In this document: piece after piece, positions 50,337 through 63,849 of the stretch
How positions within the stretch are numbered: the stretch's first letter is position 1
Layout: each line of letters opens with the position of its first letter
Origin: Podarcis melisellensis
Lineage: Eukaryota
Length of the DNA: 64,000 bases
NCBI GenBank assembly: GCA_964234715.1
Contig: OZ174276.1
Reading direction: 5' to 3' (one strand)
Notes under the pieces: generated by a model
Seen by the model: the letters and a program-made list of their open reading frames with translations, nothing else
The model's database searches: none
Told to the model about the DNA's origin: nothing
Program-made: the position numbers and the translations under genes

Positions 50337-50425
50337 CTTCTTTCTCTGAGCGAGTAAGAAACATGTCTCCTGATGAGATCAAAATTCCTCCAGAACCCCC
50401 TGGCAGATGTTCCAACCACTTACAG
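50337..50425 (+). CDS. SAP30BP: SAP30BP exon 5: ASFSERVRNMSPDEIKIPPEPPGRCSNHLQ
   Basis: Identical to recalled human segment; 89 nt. Confidence 0.97.
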
Positions 50426-50769
50426 GTCAGCTTAATTTTTCATTTTTCAAATCCTATTTCTGTAACCCATGTCATATATTGTATCTTGTTGAGGTTTTGA
50501 CTCAAAATTCCACAAAGGTTGCTGGTGTTCTTAACCACCTTTTTGTTTCAGCCAGCCTTGCAAAAAAATATTGAATTTGCATATTCTTGCTCGCCACTGA
50601 GCAAGGCGTTCCTACCTTTGCCTTCCTACCTCAAGCCCCACCCAACCCCCTGAAAATCCACTCATGAAGGTCAAGGAGCCTTCTGGAATGGTGTACAATG
50701 TGGTATGGAAAACTGAAATGGGCATGAGACTTAGTGAGAATCTGGTCCTCCTCTGCCTTTGAGCTAGGG

Positions 50770-51430
50770 CACTGTCAGTGGGCAGTTCCCTAAACCAGAT
50801 GGATGGAAGGTTCCCTGCTCTTGATGGGATTACACTCCCTCTGAATGAGTGAATATGCAGCTTCTGGATCCATTGCTGTCACCTGAGGCTCAGGTGGCCT
50901 CAGTGATGCTGAGTGCCATCAGCTTCGGCCAGTGCAGAATTCAGCAGCCAGGTTGCTTACCGAGGCAAGATAGTTTGAGCATATATAATGCCAATCCTGG
51001 CCCAACTGCATTGGCTGCCAATTAGTTTCTCAGCCTAATTCAAAGTGCTGGTTATGACCTATAAAGCCTTAAATAGCTCAGGACCACAATATCTCAAGCA
51101 CTGCTTCTCCCTATATGAACCAACCTGGACCCTGTGATCGTCATCCACGAGAGGTCTGGAGGCTAGCAACATGAGAACGAGCCCTTTCTGCGGTGGCTCA
51201 ATGCTTGTGGAAAGCTCTCCGCCGGAAAGCCCACCTTGTGTCTTTGTGCGAATACATTTAGGCGAATCCCTCATCTCCCAGGCCTTTGGCTCATTAAACA
51301 ATTTATGGCCATTTAAATTGGGGTGGGGTGGGGTTGTGTTACTGTTTAACTATGGTATGTATTTTTGTGTTTCTAAATAGTAAAGAACCCTGTGATCCTC
51401 AGATGAAGGGCAGTATAGAAATTTAATTAA
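50770..51430 (+). mobile_element. decayed L2 LINE 3' portion
   Basis: CCTGGCCCAACTGCATTGGCTGCCAATT..ACCTATAAAGCCTTAAA, homologous to the L2 piece at 30480-30700; ends GAAGGGCAGTATAGAAATTTAAT. Confidence 0.78.
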
Positions 51431-51526
51431 TATGCCATTTAACTTCTCTTTCAACACATGTGTGTTTGCTGTGAAGCATTCTGGAATATTGCCACTGCTT
51501 TGATTCTATGGCTCTTTTCTATTTAG

Positions 51527-51618
51527 GATAAGATACAAAAGCTGTATGAGAGGAAGATAAAAGAGGGCATGGACATGAACTATATCATTCAAAGGAAGAA
51601 AGAGTTCCGCAACCCAAG
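51527..51618 (+). CDS. SAP30BP: SAP30BP exon 6: DKIQKLYERKIKEGMDMNYIIQRKKEFRNP
   Basis: HCNGP-family core (FRNPS); 92 nt. Confidence 0.97.
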
Positions 51619-51769
51619 GTAAGACTGTCTGGTTGCATCTAAAGGGTTCCACAAGCTACATATAGTCCTCTTCTGTATTTGTAACCTCTTCAGTGAGAGG
51701 AGGGCCTAGTCAGATATGAACAAAGATGTGCAACGCTGAAAAATAATGTACTTTGATTGTTTATTTCAG

Positions 51770-51830
51770 CATCTATGAGAAGTTGATCCAGTTCTGTGCG
51801 ATTGATGAACTTGGCACAAATTACCCCAAG
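51770..51830 (+). CDS. SAP30BP: SAP30BP exon 7: SIYEKLIQFCAIDELGTNYPK
   Basis: 61 nt; AG/GTGAGT. Confidence 0.97.
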
Positions 51831-52545
51831 GTGAGTGGAACAAATAACTTGGGTGGGGAGAGGGGATGTTAGATGGGATTCCTGACGTCTGTGAGAATAG
51901 GTTCCTATTCTCCAGGTTTTTTAGACAACTGGATGAAACAGTCCATGGAATGCAAGCAGTTTCCTGTCTTTAATACCTCACACCATTAGAATTGATGAGG
52001 GGGAGAGCAGGGCCATACTCACTGGTCCCGTCCCTTCCCATCATCTAGTTCTGTCAGTATACGCATTTGAAGATAAACACGTGGGTTTGGAACTTTGCAT
52101 GATTTAGGATCCTAGCCATGACGAAGATGCAATAGAGGGGATGGGGCGAGTGAACACAGCCCCACTCTCACCTCATGCAGTTCTGGCTAAATACCCTCTG
52201 CACAGAATTCAGTACGGTCTCAACATTCTACTGTTACTGAGTTACTCTTCCCCATAGTTGTGCCAAAGTACATGACCTGATGAAGGCATTTAAGGGATGA
52301 ACGTTCTGTGACAGCTAATCCCCTAGCCAGCATTCTCTGTCCTTCAGCACCATCTTTCTTTCCCATTTGGATTCTAGCTGTTCGGATAATGTTGTAAGGT
52401 CTATAAACTTTTATATATTGACTTTTTTTAAAAAAAGGAAATAAACAAAACTGGAATGCAGAATTAAGAGCTTTGCCTTCCAACTTGATAGATTGTATAT
52501 CTTAAAATTCATATTTACATAACTTTTCTTTCTGTTCTCTTTTAG

Positions 52546-52597
52546 GACATGTTTGATCCTCATGGGTGGTCTGAGGACTCCTATTATGAGGCACTAG
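52546..52597 (+). CDS. SAP30BP: SAP30BP exon 8: DMFDPHGWSEDSYYEAL
   Basis: 52 nt; AG/GT. Confidence 0.97.
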
Positions 52598-53010
52598 GTA
52601 TTGCATCCAGCTTTTGTTTTGATACTCTCTCTAGTGTTTGTGAATGATTCTGGAACTTTAGAGATGGTTTAATTGAACCTATTTATCTGTACAGTGCCTT
52701 TTCTTTAAGGAGCTCAAAGCACTGTATATGGGGATCTATACCATTTTCCCCCTTCCCTTTATCTGAATGGGAAGAAACTAGTTGCTTGTTGGCTGTGTCC
52801 TGGGGAGAATATTTTTTATTGGAAAGGGCTCTACACCGAAAATATTTTTTTGGGAAGCAGGCACACTTAAGAATCCATGCTATCAGTATCTTCTTAAGTG
52901 TTGTAGCCCTGTTGATCCTCCTGACATGGGAAGCTCTAATAGGGATTCAGAATTGCTTTGCAGTGTTGAATCTATTGAGTGTGCTCACTGTTCTGTGGTT
53001 CTATTTCCAG

Positions 53011-53069
53011 CGAAAGCACAGAAAATTGAAATGGACAAGCTGGAAAAGGCCAAGAAGGAGCGAACTAAG
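53011..53069 (+). CDS. SAP30BP: SAP30BP exon 9: AKAQKIEMDKLEKAKKERTK
   Basis: 59 nt; AG/GT. Confidence 0.97.
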
Positions 53070-53781
53070 GTACCAGATTATAACTTCAAAATATAGAGAA
53101 ATTATTTTGATCTGTGCTCCTTCTACTGAACTTAATCCAACTGCTTAGCCACCCAATCACAAAATTTCTATTAGTCACACTGAGCAAATCAGAAATTTGC
53201 TTTTTATATGGGTTTCCAGTATTCTTGAACCAAGAGCATGAGATGTTATTTGTGATACTTCACAATTTATCTATGCATTCATCCAGAGCCACCCCATTGC
53301 TATCCATGATAAAACAGAGCAGACTTAATTAGGAGAGGCCTGAATTTGTGTTCATTACCTAAATAGTTAGCAAGACATTCACACCCCTTTACATAGCAGT
53401 TTAGAGTTTCTGGCAGCAGATATTTCTGTGGCTAACTTCTTTGTCTCCGTCATTCAGATTGCCCCTTTTGTTTTACTTCCTGTAATAAGTGCCCAGCTCT
53501 GTGATACTGTTTTCTCCCATGATCATAGACTTGGAGACGTGTGCTCAGACTGTGGTTTCTCTGGTTGCTAGATTGTCATCTGTAATGCAGACCATATAAG
53601 TCATGCATGTAGAGACATGAATTGCAGAAGCATAAATTGTACAGTGAAGGAACATGAGATTCTAACCTCATTATTTGAAGTACCTTATGGGATTAGAGAA
53701 GGACTAGAATTTGTCACTCTAAAATCGCTCCATCTGAGTCTGAAGATGGAGTTGGTTACCTTGTCTGGTGTGTGGGTGTGT

Positions 53782-53808
53782 ACACACACACACACACACA
53801 CACACACA
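53782..53808. repeat. (CA)n microsatellite
   Basis: Directly visible. Confidence 0.95.
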
Positions 53809-53997
53809 GCTTTTATTAACTACTAGCAGCTAGTTATATCTGTGTTTTCAATTATTGAATCTCTAACAACTTATATAGTGTGTGTCTTCAACAGTCAACA
53901 AAGATGTCCTCTCATAAACCCTTTTTTGCCATGTTCCTAATGCCAACGAATAGGTATCTTAAGTACAGAATATGATTTGCTTCCACTTCTTTTCTAG

Positions 53998-54079
53998 ATT
54001 GAGTTTGTAACAGGCACTAAGAAAGGAACAACAAATGCTCCCTCTACAACCACCACAACAGCCAGCACTGCAGGTGGTG
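53998..54079 (+). CDS. SAP30BP: SAP30BP exon 10: IEFVTGTKKGTTNAPSTTTTTASTAGG
   Basis: 82 nt; donor G|GTAAGT. Confidence 0.95.
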
Positions 54080-54789
54080 GTAAGTTAAACATCATGACTT
54101 TGCATCTTAACTCTGGAATCTTAACTCTGGAACACACAAAAGCCATGGAATCTTCATCATATGTCTCTTCCTTTTGGCATTTACTGTCAGAGAGCAAATA
54201 AACTGCAAATTATGTTTGGCACCTGAACAGTTTGCCCCCCAAAAACTACAGGATCTGAATTTTTTTTTATGAAAGCAGAAAACTCTGATTCTGCAGCCAA
54301 TACAAACTGAGTAACTTAGAACAGAATTCATGAAACTGTAAAATTAAGTATCTTATGTAATCCTATCTGCAGAAGTTGAGCATTCTTACCAGAACAAGCA
54401 TGCTGATAGACACTGGTAGAAGTATTTGGGGAAAAAGGGGGGTAGATCACTGCCAGATTTTAATTCTGAAAGTAGATCACAGTCCCTTGGGAGTTGGCCA
54501 CCCTTGGACTAGTAGAATCCTTCTCCCTGATGTGCTAGACTCTCACTAATAGGGGGTTACTGATATGAAGAAATAATTCAGATATATGCATTCTGCTACC
54601 AGAATTCTAAATTGGGACAGTCACAGGAGGGCTGTGCAACATGCTTTTTGGAGCACGTAAGTTGGTTCTGTCAGCATGGAATGGCTGAAAGCATTATCAT
54701 TTAAGGGTTGCTCTTCAAGGAATAGTGACAAAAAGCATCTTGTCTGATCTGGGCTGCTGAAATTAATGCTTGCTTTTTTACATACACAG

Positions 54790-54971
54790 ATGCACAGAAG
54801 AGGAAAAGCAAGTGGGATTCTGCCATTCCTGTGACAACAATAGCTCAACCCACCATTCTCACTACCACTGCAACACTGCCAGCTGTAGTAACCGTCACAA
54901 CCAGTGCAAGCGGCTCCAAAACAACAGTGATCTCTGCAGTTGGCACCATAGTGAAAAAGGCAAAGCAATGA
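54790..54971 (+). CDS. SAP30BP: SAP30BP exon 11: DAQKRKSKWDSAIPVTTIAQPT...VGTIVKKAKQ*; total CDS 936 nt = 311 aa
   Basis: Contains ULM-type motif KRKSKWD; all 11 exons join in one frame; TGA at 54969-54971; possible variant poly(A) signal AATATA near 55858. Confidence 0.97.
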
Positions 54972-56000
54972 CAAGTGCAGTGAAGAGACTGACTATAAAG
55001 TTTTCCCCCCAGACTGACTCATGCCAAAAGCACCACTTGCAGAAGTCAAAGGGGTAGGAGATACTCTCCTTCTGGTGCAAAAACGAAAGACTGTTTAAAA
55101 AATGGACACACAAGAAGAGGAGGAGGTGGATATGCATAATCACAACAGCTATCTACGCGTGAAGAAGCTCTCTTTGTTGGAGGAGCTGCCCCTTACTGAG
55201 TTGCGTGCAATGAAATGTCAGTGTGTAAATATTAGTTCACTAAATGTTGTATTATAATTGTGACTGTCTTAGGACCCTTTGAACTCTGTGAAATGAGAAC
55301 TTGAGCAAGAAACTACTGAAGTCAATCAGTTGCACTGTGAACCATTCAACACTGAGTAACATCAACTTGCTCTCGCTTCTCATCTCTGCCTCCAGCAATT
55401 ACAGGCAGGGGTGCCTTATTCAGTTTTCCTGCAGATAATTGTAAGAGTCATAAAGAATTGATTGTATATAGGCTCAGTTTCATGCAAACCATGATAGAGA
55501 CTTGTGTGGATTGCCCTTATGCCTCCCATTTAGTTTCAGTCATCTGGGGCTTGAAAGCCTGGACATTTGAAACTGCAAATCAACACTGATGTCTATGTCT
55601 AGCCGTTGGAGAACCATTGTGCATAATTTGGACTCTACTGAGGAGAAGGAGCTTATGAAACAGAAAGAAGCACCAAATAGTTTCTACAGATGTAAGCTGG
55701 TGCCAGAGCTCATTTGCCCCCTTTAAATGTCAGTGTGCATGTTAGTGACATAGGTACCAAACTGTATAATTGCAATAATGCTGCCATTTTCACCATTCTA
55801 ATGACAAAGATGCTGTTGATTTGTATAAGCTTTCTTACCTGTGTAACTGAACTTTGGAATATAAAAACATTTTTTTAAAAAACAATGCTGCTGGTGTTTA
55901 ATCTGCCTTCCATTCTAACTGGTAGAAGAATTTGTAACACAGGTGGAGGGGAGAATGCTAGGGGTGTTGTTGCTATACTTTAAACTCATAGAGTCACATA

Positions 56001-56213
56001 CAGTGGTACCTTGGTTTAAGAACAGCTTAGTTTATGAACAACTTGAATTAAGAATGCTGCAAACCCGGAAGTAGGTGTTTTGGTTTGTTAAGTTTGCACT
56101 TGGAAGCAGAACATATCCCACTTCCTGTCGAGTGTGTTCCATTTGCAAATTGAGTCCCCCACTGCTATGGGAAAGCACGCCTTGGTTTAAATTCGTAAAC
56201 CAAGGTACCACTG
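56001..56213. mobile_element. Tc1/mariner (Tigger-like) MITE
   Basis: TA|CAGTGGTACCTTGGTTTA...TAAACCAAGGTACCACTG|TA, perfect 18-bp TIRs. Confidence 0.88.
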
Positions 56214-58516
56214 TACTCATAGTCATTTCTGTTAACATAGCTGGCTGACGTCTAAAAATTGGACACAAGAGCCCTGTTCCCACACAGTGGCCAACCAGAC
56301 TTCGGGGAGGAAGTCCACAAGCGGAAAATGACAGCAACAGCATTCTCCTGCTAATGATTTCCAGCAACTAATATTCAGAAGTATCAAGACTAGCAGATTT
56401 AATTTGTCTGCAACCCCCTTTTAAAACAATCCCAAGTTGATGGCCATCTATGGAAAATGACAGTGTAAAAGCTTAGGCCTAAAAGCACAAGAAAGGTGGT
56501 GCATACTGGGAACTATGTACTGCAAAGTGCTCCAAGGGGCTTCAGATGGTCAGAATGCAGCCTCTCAAGTCGTCTTCTGCACTACCTTGATTCTATCCAG
56601 AGACTGTTCATGCTACTGGTTTGAATATGTGAATGGTGTAGGCCTTTATACCTCAGCTAGCCTCTCCCCCATATATGTTAACATCAACAAAATGCCTTTG
56701 AAGATTAAATCTGTGCACTGTTGGCACAGAAGCTCCTTACTAATGGGGCCGGTTATGGAATGAGTTCCCTAGGCATGTCTACCAGTATTCAACCCTACAG
56801 TCTTTTCAGAAGATTCTAAACCAAAACTCTCCCTGTCCCTAGTCTTAAAAAGTGTCCCATCGATTGCAATCCTCTGTACACTTGCCTTTGAGTAAGCCCC
56901 AGCTATGCCTAAGATTGAATAATCAGTCCTCTGCTGCTGTCAGTTCTCCGTATTAACTTAGCTGCTCCTTGACTTGGGGTGGAGTTGACTTTTTAAATTT
57001 GTTTTTTTCATACTTGGTTTTATTATATTGATTTTGTAAATTGCTTTGAGCAAAGAGAAGAAAGCTTGGCATGTTTTTTTATATTAAAAAAAATACTTAC
57101 AGGTCAACATTCTTGCCTCTGTGCTTATCAAAACAGAAGTAAAAATAAAAAGTATGGAGATTTTGTAAAGGCTCAGAAGGGCATGCTCTGGATTGCTTTC
57201 CTTTCCACACCCCTCTTCTGAAAAATGATGCTGTTTGTGAGAGATCGTTCTGCTGAGCTTTATCATAGATCCTCTGACAACTCCCTCACTGCCCTCAAAA
57301 TGAGTCAGAACTGCTGCTGCTATTGAGTCTCCTGGAGGAGACGCTTTATAGTCAGATACAGCTGCTTTCTTGCAGCTGACTAGCTGTTCCTAGTTTTCAT
57401 ATTGGGGTGGTATTCAACTCTCAGTGCACCCACTGAAAGGAACATTTCTTAGACCCATATGTTAAGTCTACCTGGAATAAAACTTAGTTGAATACCACCT
57501 TTTGTTATGGTTTAACCTGCTTTTAAATCTTGGGCACAACTCTGGCTATTTTCATTGCATGCCCACAGTGAGTATGAAACTAATAGCAATTTGCTAAGAT
57601 GCTGTGGCAAAGTTCCTCTCTGCCCTGCTACCCCTCCAAGTCTGTTCCAGATTATCAACTTGATGCCATGCTCTCCATGATGAAGGTAACCCTCTGGAAA
57701 GAGACCTCACCTGCTGTAAAATGTAAGAAGTGGGTCCTAAGACCCTTAATCCTGCTCCTTAAAATACAATCTGAACAAAATTGGTGAAGCAGCAAAGAGT
57801 TTATTGAATACATACGTTCTTGCAAGAGCAGGTGTCCAAAGTAGGAACACCCAAAACTGACAAAGCATAAGCTTATATTCCCTATACCCAAAGCGCAACT
57901 TCCCTTCCTTGTCTCCCCATTAGCTGGGTACTAAAAGGTTTACAGCCTATCACAACCCCCTAATTTACCTACTAACATTCCTGTCCTCCTTGACATCTCC
58001 CATTCCTCAGATTTCGACAACCACCACTTCTGTTTACTGTATTCCTTATTTGGTCTATGTTTCTATGCATTTACATACTGACGCAAGCGACAGAGGCAAA
58101 CCTGACCACTAGTCCCAGTTGCAAGCATTCTAACCACAAGCTGTTTTTAGTTCCAGCATTGTGACTTATGTGAAAAAGCAACATCCTCATTCCTCACACC
58201 TGCATTTATTGTAGGCATGTTCTAAGCATAGTGAGCCATTGGGGGAGATCTATTGAAACCACATGCTTCACAGGCAAATTGGCTCTGATTCTATCTCTGA
58301 CATCTCCAGGTAGTGGGAAATTTCCTGTCTGAAACCCTGGAGAGCTGTTGCCAGTCAGAATTGACGCTACTGAGCTAGAGAGGCCAAAAGTCTTGACTTT
58401 GAGTAAGGCAGCTTTCACTGATCCTGTAAGTCAGAGCAAACGTAACACCAAAGGAACTGCCTCTCCCTACTGCTGTTTACTCCTGACATGTATTGTTTTC
58501 AGCCTTCTGTAAGTTA

Positions 58517-58630
58517 GGGTTATATATTCAACTAATTTTTACTGAGAAGTTGAAATAAATGGTCATGGCTAACTTAGGTCCATTAGTTTCAATGGGCCTA
58601 CTCTGAGTAAAAGTAAGTTGAATACAACCT
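58517..58630. mobile_element. short palindromic MITE (related copy at ~57405-57500)
   Basis: GGTTATATTCAACT...AGTTGAATACAACC inverted ends. Confidence 0.6.
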
Positions 58631-59495
58631 TTACTGTCTGAACCTTCTTTTCCTCTAGAAACACCCTTCCTTGGCATGCTAGAACAGCTCCCATGCGCTG
58701 CAGCTCTCAAAGCTACACAGTGGAATCAGCAGCAACACACACCCATAGCCTCCAGGTTCACCATTTGGAGCTTGTAAGGTGGGGTTGGTAAAGTTTGTTA
58801 TGTTTACCTCTGCAATAAGTCCACCTGAAGGCTCAAGGAAAAGTCTAAAGGCTTTCTGTGAGGTGTGAAACTGCTTAATGGAAACCAAGTTGTCGCTCAG
58901 TCACACCAATGGCACTAATCAAATCATTCCTGTGATGTGCATTTAAAAAAGCACATTGCATTGGCTCCTCTTGCTGGTGGGGAAAAGACTGCAGTTTCCC
59001 AGCAATAAAGCCATTTTAAGTAGTGGGATAATGCAATGTCCTTGAATTTCTTTGAAAGCAGAGATCATTCCTACGTGACAAATTGGCAGAAACAGCGTTT
59101 ATTATTACAAACTGATCATCTGCAAAGGTTTTTAGGATAAGTGTATCTTAGTTCTTAGGAAAAGCAATCTATACAAGTTCAAAGACATTCTCTTTATCAG
59201 GAACTCTGATTATCATTTTAGAAAAAGAAAAGCTTTGGGATAAGCCCTTGGCTCAGCTTCAGCCCACCTGTGGAACACAAGAGGTGTTCAGTATGGGGTG
59301 CCATGAAAGAGTTTCCTGAGCCACTGTTACAATTGCATACAAAAGATTGGCCTATGGGGGGAAGCAACTAGAAACACTGTCATATAAGCATGCAGCAAAT
59401 TTAAAGAAATGGGCGGGGGGGCAGTGCATGCGTGCGTCTGACTTAAACAAAAAGTCTTGCAAGCCAGAATATTCAGTAAACAGATATTGGGACTA

Positions 59496-59737
59496 CAGTG
59501 GTACCTTGGGTTAAGTACTTAATTCATTCTGGAGGTCTGTTCTTAACCTGAAACTGTTCTTAACCTGAAGCACCACTTTAGCTAATGGGGCCTCCTGCTG
59601 CCGCCGCGCCGCCGGAGCACAATTTCTGTTCTCATCCTGAAGCAAAGTTCTTAACCCGAGGTACTATTTCTGGGTTAGAGGAGTTTGTAACCTGAAGCGT
59701 ATGTAACCTGAAGGGTATGTAACCCAAGGTACCACTG
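59496..59737. mobile_element. Tc1/mariner (Tigger-like) MITE
   Basis: TA|CAGTGGTACCTTGGGTTA...TAACCCAAGGTACCACTG|TA; inverted relative of 285-503. Confidence 0.88.
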
Positions 59738-62028
59738 TACATGTTTTTGTTCAAACTACAGTGTTGGATGACCTCAGCCAGACTGGTGTCTGCTTATCAG
59801 CTCCTAAGTTTTCTTGGGATGTAGCAACTGTAACAGCAGGAAGAATGAAAGCTTAACTTTTACCTTGCTATTGTTCTACCTCACCCTCCTCCAGACAGGG
59901 CTTCAATATTGTTCTGGAGCCTGGTGAGGACGAAAGTGCCAAGCCACAGATGTTTTAGGAAAAAGAGTTATGCATCCACACATGCAAAGACCACCCCATA
60001 ACGCCATTGCATGTCAGACAAATGTTACATGCAGCTGTATTACAAATTTGACAACTAAACACCTTTCCTGAAGATTTCGCTAAATGACTCAACATATCAT
60101 AACATATAATAACATATATCAACAGCTGGCCACCTTAGATTCATGTCAGAATATCTGCAGCAAAGTTGGGAGGGAAGAAATGTGCAAAAATACTTAATAC
60201 AAACAAACTACAGAACACTGTAGAACATTTGCTATTGGGATCAGAAAGCAAAATGTGACCAACATCCATTCCCATTTTATTAGTGGAACTGAGGCTGCAA
60301 AGCAGCTGTTCAACGATATCTCATGTGATGCGTGAGAGCCATTATTTTACTTATCGGATATTATTTATTAAAAAATACTTTCACCCTACCTTTCAATAAA
60401 ATATTTTCAAGGTGACTTCAACATGTCAATAAACAGTTAACTCAGATGATGAAGAAGTAGCAGCTGAAAGCAATGAAAGCAAGTCTCTAAGGGTATGTGC
60501 ACATCAGAGACTTAAAATACAGCAATGTTGTTTCACCACCTATGTTTCAAGCCATGCTAGCTCTACACACCAGATTGCTCTACACACCCCATGGGCATTG
60601 CATGATTCCCCCCCCCCCCTGTACCTGGAACTTCCCGAGCTCCTATTCTAGGAAGCTGTAATTTGTGCGTGTGAAACTGCTGTCTGAACTGTATGCACCT
60701 CAGCTTAACCACGGCGTGTTTTCAAATCGGGGGAAACACAGTGAACAGGAGTATTTCTCGAGAAACTACAAGATACAGATAGACTGTGGCTAATGTCATG
60801 TGTACTTGGCTTCAAACACCAGTGGTAGGAATGCACTGGAAGCAGAATAAATGGTAATGTGCACATATTCTAAGGCTGTCCAGTTCTATACACACTTAAG
60901 GGGAGAAAGTTTCAGAAATAATGAATGAATGACTATGAAAATAATGTCATACCTATGCCTATAAAAAGGCTGCTCTGGAATAAGGGGGTATGACCCTAAG
61001 AAGGACTGAGGTGCCTCTCTTCTCCTCTGCACAAGATTGCAGCCTAAGTGCTTGCTTCAGGTAAATAAAAACAAATAAACTTCAGCCCAATAAGTACCTG
61101 TGATAACACATCAGGTAGTTTCTGTCTCTTGACTGCTGTCCCCAAAGGGCAGGGATCTTTTCCTATGCTCACATGGAATCCTGAACATTGACAATGCTTA
61201 TGGAAGCCAGCACGTCAACAGAAATTTCCAACAAAGAAATCCACAATGTTCAGAATTACTTGATGCAAATAATGTTGGGGTTTCTGCATTCCAGCCTTGT
61301 GCACAGCTGTCTTCTAAAGTGGTGGTTCCTAAAAGGTCTACTAAACCTAGCAGTGAGATTTTGTGTCTCTTCAAGTTGGTCCTACCCTCTCCAGCATCCC
61401 TTTCTGATGTGCAATCCTTGCTATTTCTGCTGCCCTTTGACAAGACTCTTACACCAATAGACACCATTTATACCGTGGACACAGTGCGGTTCAAACTCAA
61501 GCTTCCCAGATCCCTTTCTGTTGCACTGGGTGGGATCCAAACTTGTTCTGAGAGTGCAAGGATTTTACACTTGTGCAACAGAACTTCCCACCACCCTCTC
61601 CTCATGCACACCTCACACCCTCCCCAAATCTGCACCAGAGGGCTGAAATTGAGTTGGGTGAGGGAATTCCTGCCATAGTCATTGCCTCCTCTCTCATACA
61701 CTTAAAATAAATCCAGAGAAATTAAGTTAGGTGTCTTAATAAATTGATCACCTTGACACATGCATGGTAAAATAAACATTCCCTGTGGATATTCTGCCTT
61801 ATTACCGTAATTGGTGCAAGCAGTTTCACTGTCACTAAATCCAGAGGAATATGTTGAGGAGGTGAAGGATTATTCATTTTGGTAGCACATGTTTTGTGTT
61901 GTTGTTGTTTTTTAAAAAAATCTATTAAAGATTTTATTGGTTACAAAAGTATGTGCATTGTCTCTCTTGGTGTTTTCTTTCCACAAAGAGATCAGTTACA
62001 TTCGGTGAGAAACATTAGTGTTGTATAA

Positions 62029-62164
62029 CAGGCTTAGGCAAACTCCGGCCCTCCAGGTGTATGGGATTACAATTCCCATCATCCCTGACCACCGGTCCCA
62101 TTAGCTAGGGATGATGGAAATTGTAGTCCCAAACATCTAGAGGGCCGGAGTTTGCCTATGCCTG
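62029..62164. mobile_element. palindromic hAT MITE, intact TIRs
   Basis: CAGGCTTAGGCAAACT...AGTTTGCCTATGCCTG; TSD TTGTATAA/CAGTATAA (6/8). Confidence 0.88.
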
Positions 62165-63849
62165 CAGTATAAGGTTGGGGAAGAAGAGAGGGGGGAAAGA
62201 AGGAGAGGGGGGGTGGGATGATAAAATGTACATTCTTTTATTTAGTATATGTGTGGGGGTTTTGTAAGGCATGCTTTTAATGGTAAGCTCCCACCCTGAT
62301 TATCAGTGCGATGGATCCTAACAACGGGTTGGCAGTGGCATCCTTCTCTATTATTTACATTTGTATTGTCTAGAGCAGGAATGAGCTGACTTCAAGCTTG
62401 TGGATCTACTTTGTGGTTTTTTTCTTGGATGGGAGAGAAATTTATCTCAGTTTGCATTTAAAAACTTGCCTAATTCGCTTTCTCCAAAACAGTAAGTGAA
62501 CTGAAACACAGCCATCCTTCAAAATCCACACGCCTAATTTCACAGTGCAATTCTCTAGCCAGGTAACAATGTGTACAGAAATATGCATATACCAGGGTAA
62601 TGTGCAACATGATGGCTTAGAAATAGTGGTAGACAAACATTTAGAATTAAGGAAGATTTATTTTCATTACCAGAAGTGAGTTCACTGACCTTTTACACAA
62701 AAACCAATTCCTGGTTCCCTCGTAAGTATTGTTCATTTCAGCATCTCAGTTTGGGGTGGGAGGTGGGAATTGTTCCTATTGTTAAGCCATCTGGAGTCAA
62801 AAATCTCTTGCTTATCTACTGCAAATTACCTAGAGATCTACAGGTAGATACTGATCTAGTTTCTGTTCACTCTAAACCTTTGGAACTTGGAGCACAGTTT
62901 GGCATGAGAAATACATCTATGTAGCCTTCTGGTCTTGAAAAACCTATAGGGCGCACAGCTAGGAACCAGCCTACTGATGAAATAAGGGCCTAGTTTAAAA
63001 GCCTTTTAAATGCTTTCTAAATTATGAGACGCACATAGTAGCAGCTGGGAAAAAGTACAAAGCAGCCTCTCTCCTTTAATTCCCAACCATAGCTGCATTT
63101 TTGTTTACACATTGCAAATTAGCCTGGGGTGGACTTTTATTAGGGCAAATCACAGGACATAAAAAAATGACCACTTCTTGCATGATCCCCACTTAAAACA
63201 CATCTCGTGGCTTAGCGCTTAGAAGAGCCAGCTCTGTACTGACCAATTGCACAAACAGGATTGTGCTTTCAAGTCAACAGTTAGCGGAATTAGGCTGATG
63301 TATAATCAGACTTGGGAAGCTGTGGGCTTTAGTCTAGGGGTACTTAATCTAAAGATGGTGGGGTCCAATTGTTCTTTCACCTATTTGAGGTACAAACAGA
63401 GGATGCCGGTCATTAAGCTTTTGTCTGGCAGCGAAGGAAATAGGGAGCTGGAGCTTGTTGATATAGCAGGAACTTTACTGACCTTTCCTCACGGGGCTGC
63501 GCAGGGCTCAAATACCAAAACACAATGCTCTCTTGACTTCCACAGCATAGGATATTTGGAGGGCCAAGCTCTAAAGAGACAGAAAACTGGGTTGGGGGGG
63601 GGGAAGGGACTTCAAAGCAGTAATCCAGCCAATTTTATTTTGTGTCCGTGTGGATGAAACACTGAAGGACTGGAGCAAATCGTCTTGTGGCACCATCAAG
63701 CTTATCAGATTTGTTTTCCTTCCCCTGCTATCTGACAACCCCTTTTGCAAATTTTCGTTGCAGACGTTCAGCTGGGTTGGGCTCTGTCTCACTCCTAGCG
63801 GCAACCCCTTTTCCTGTGGGTGGGAGTATTTTTTTTTCCCCTTCGAGAA

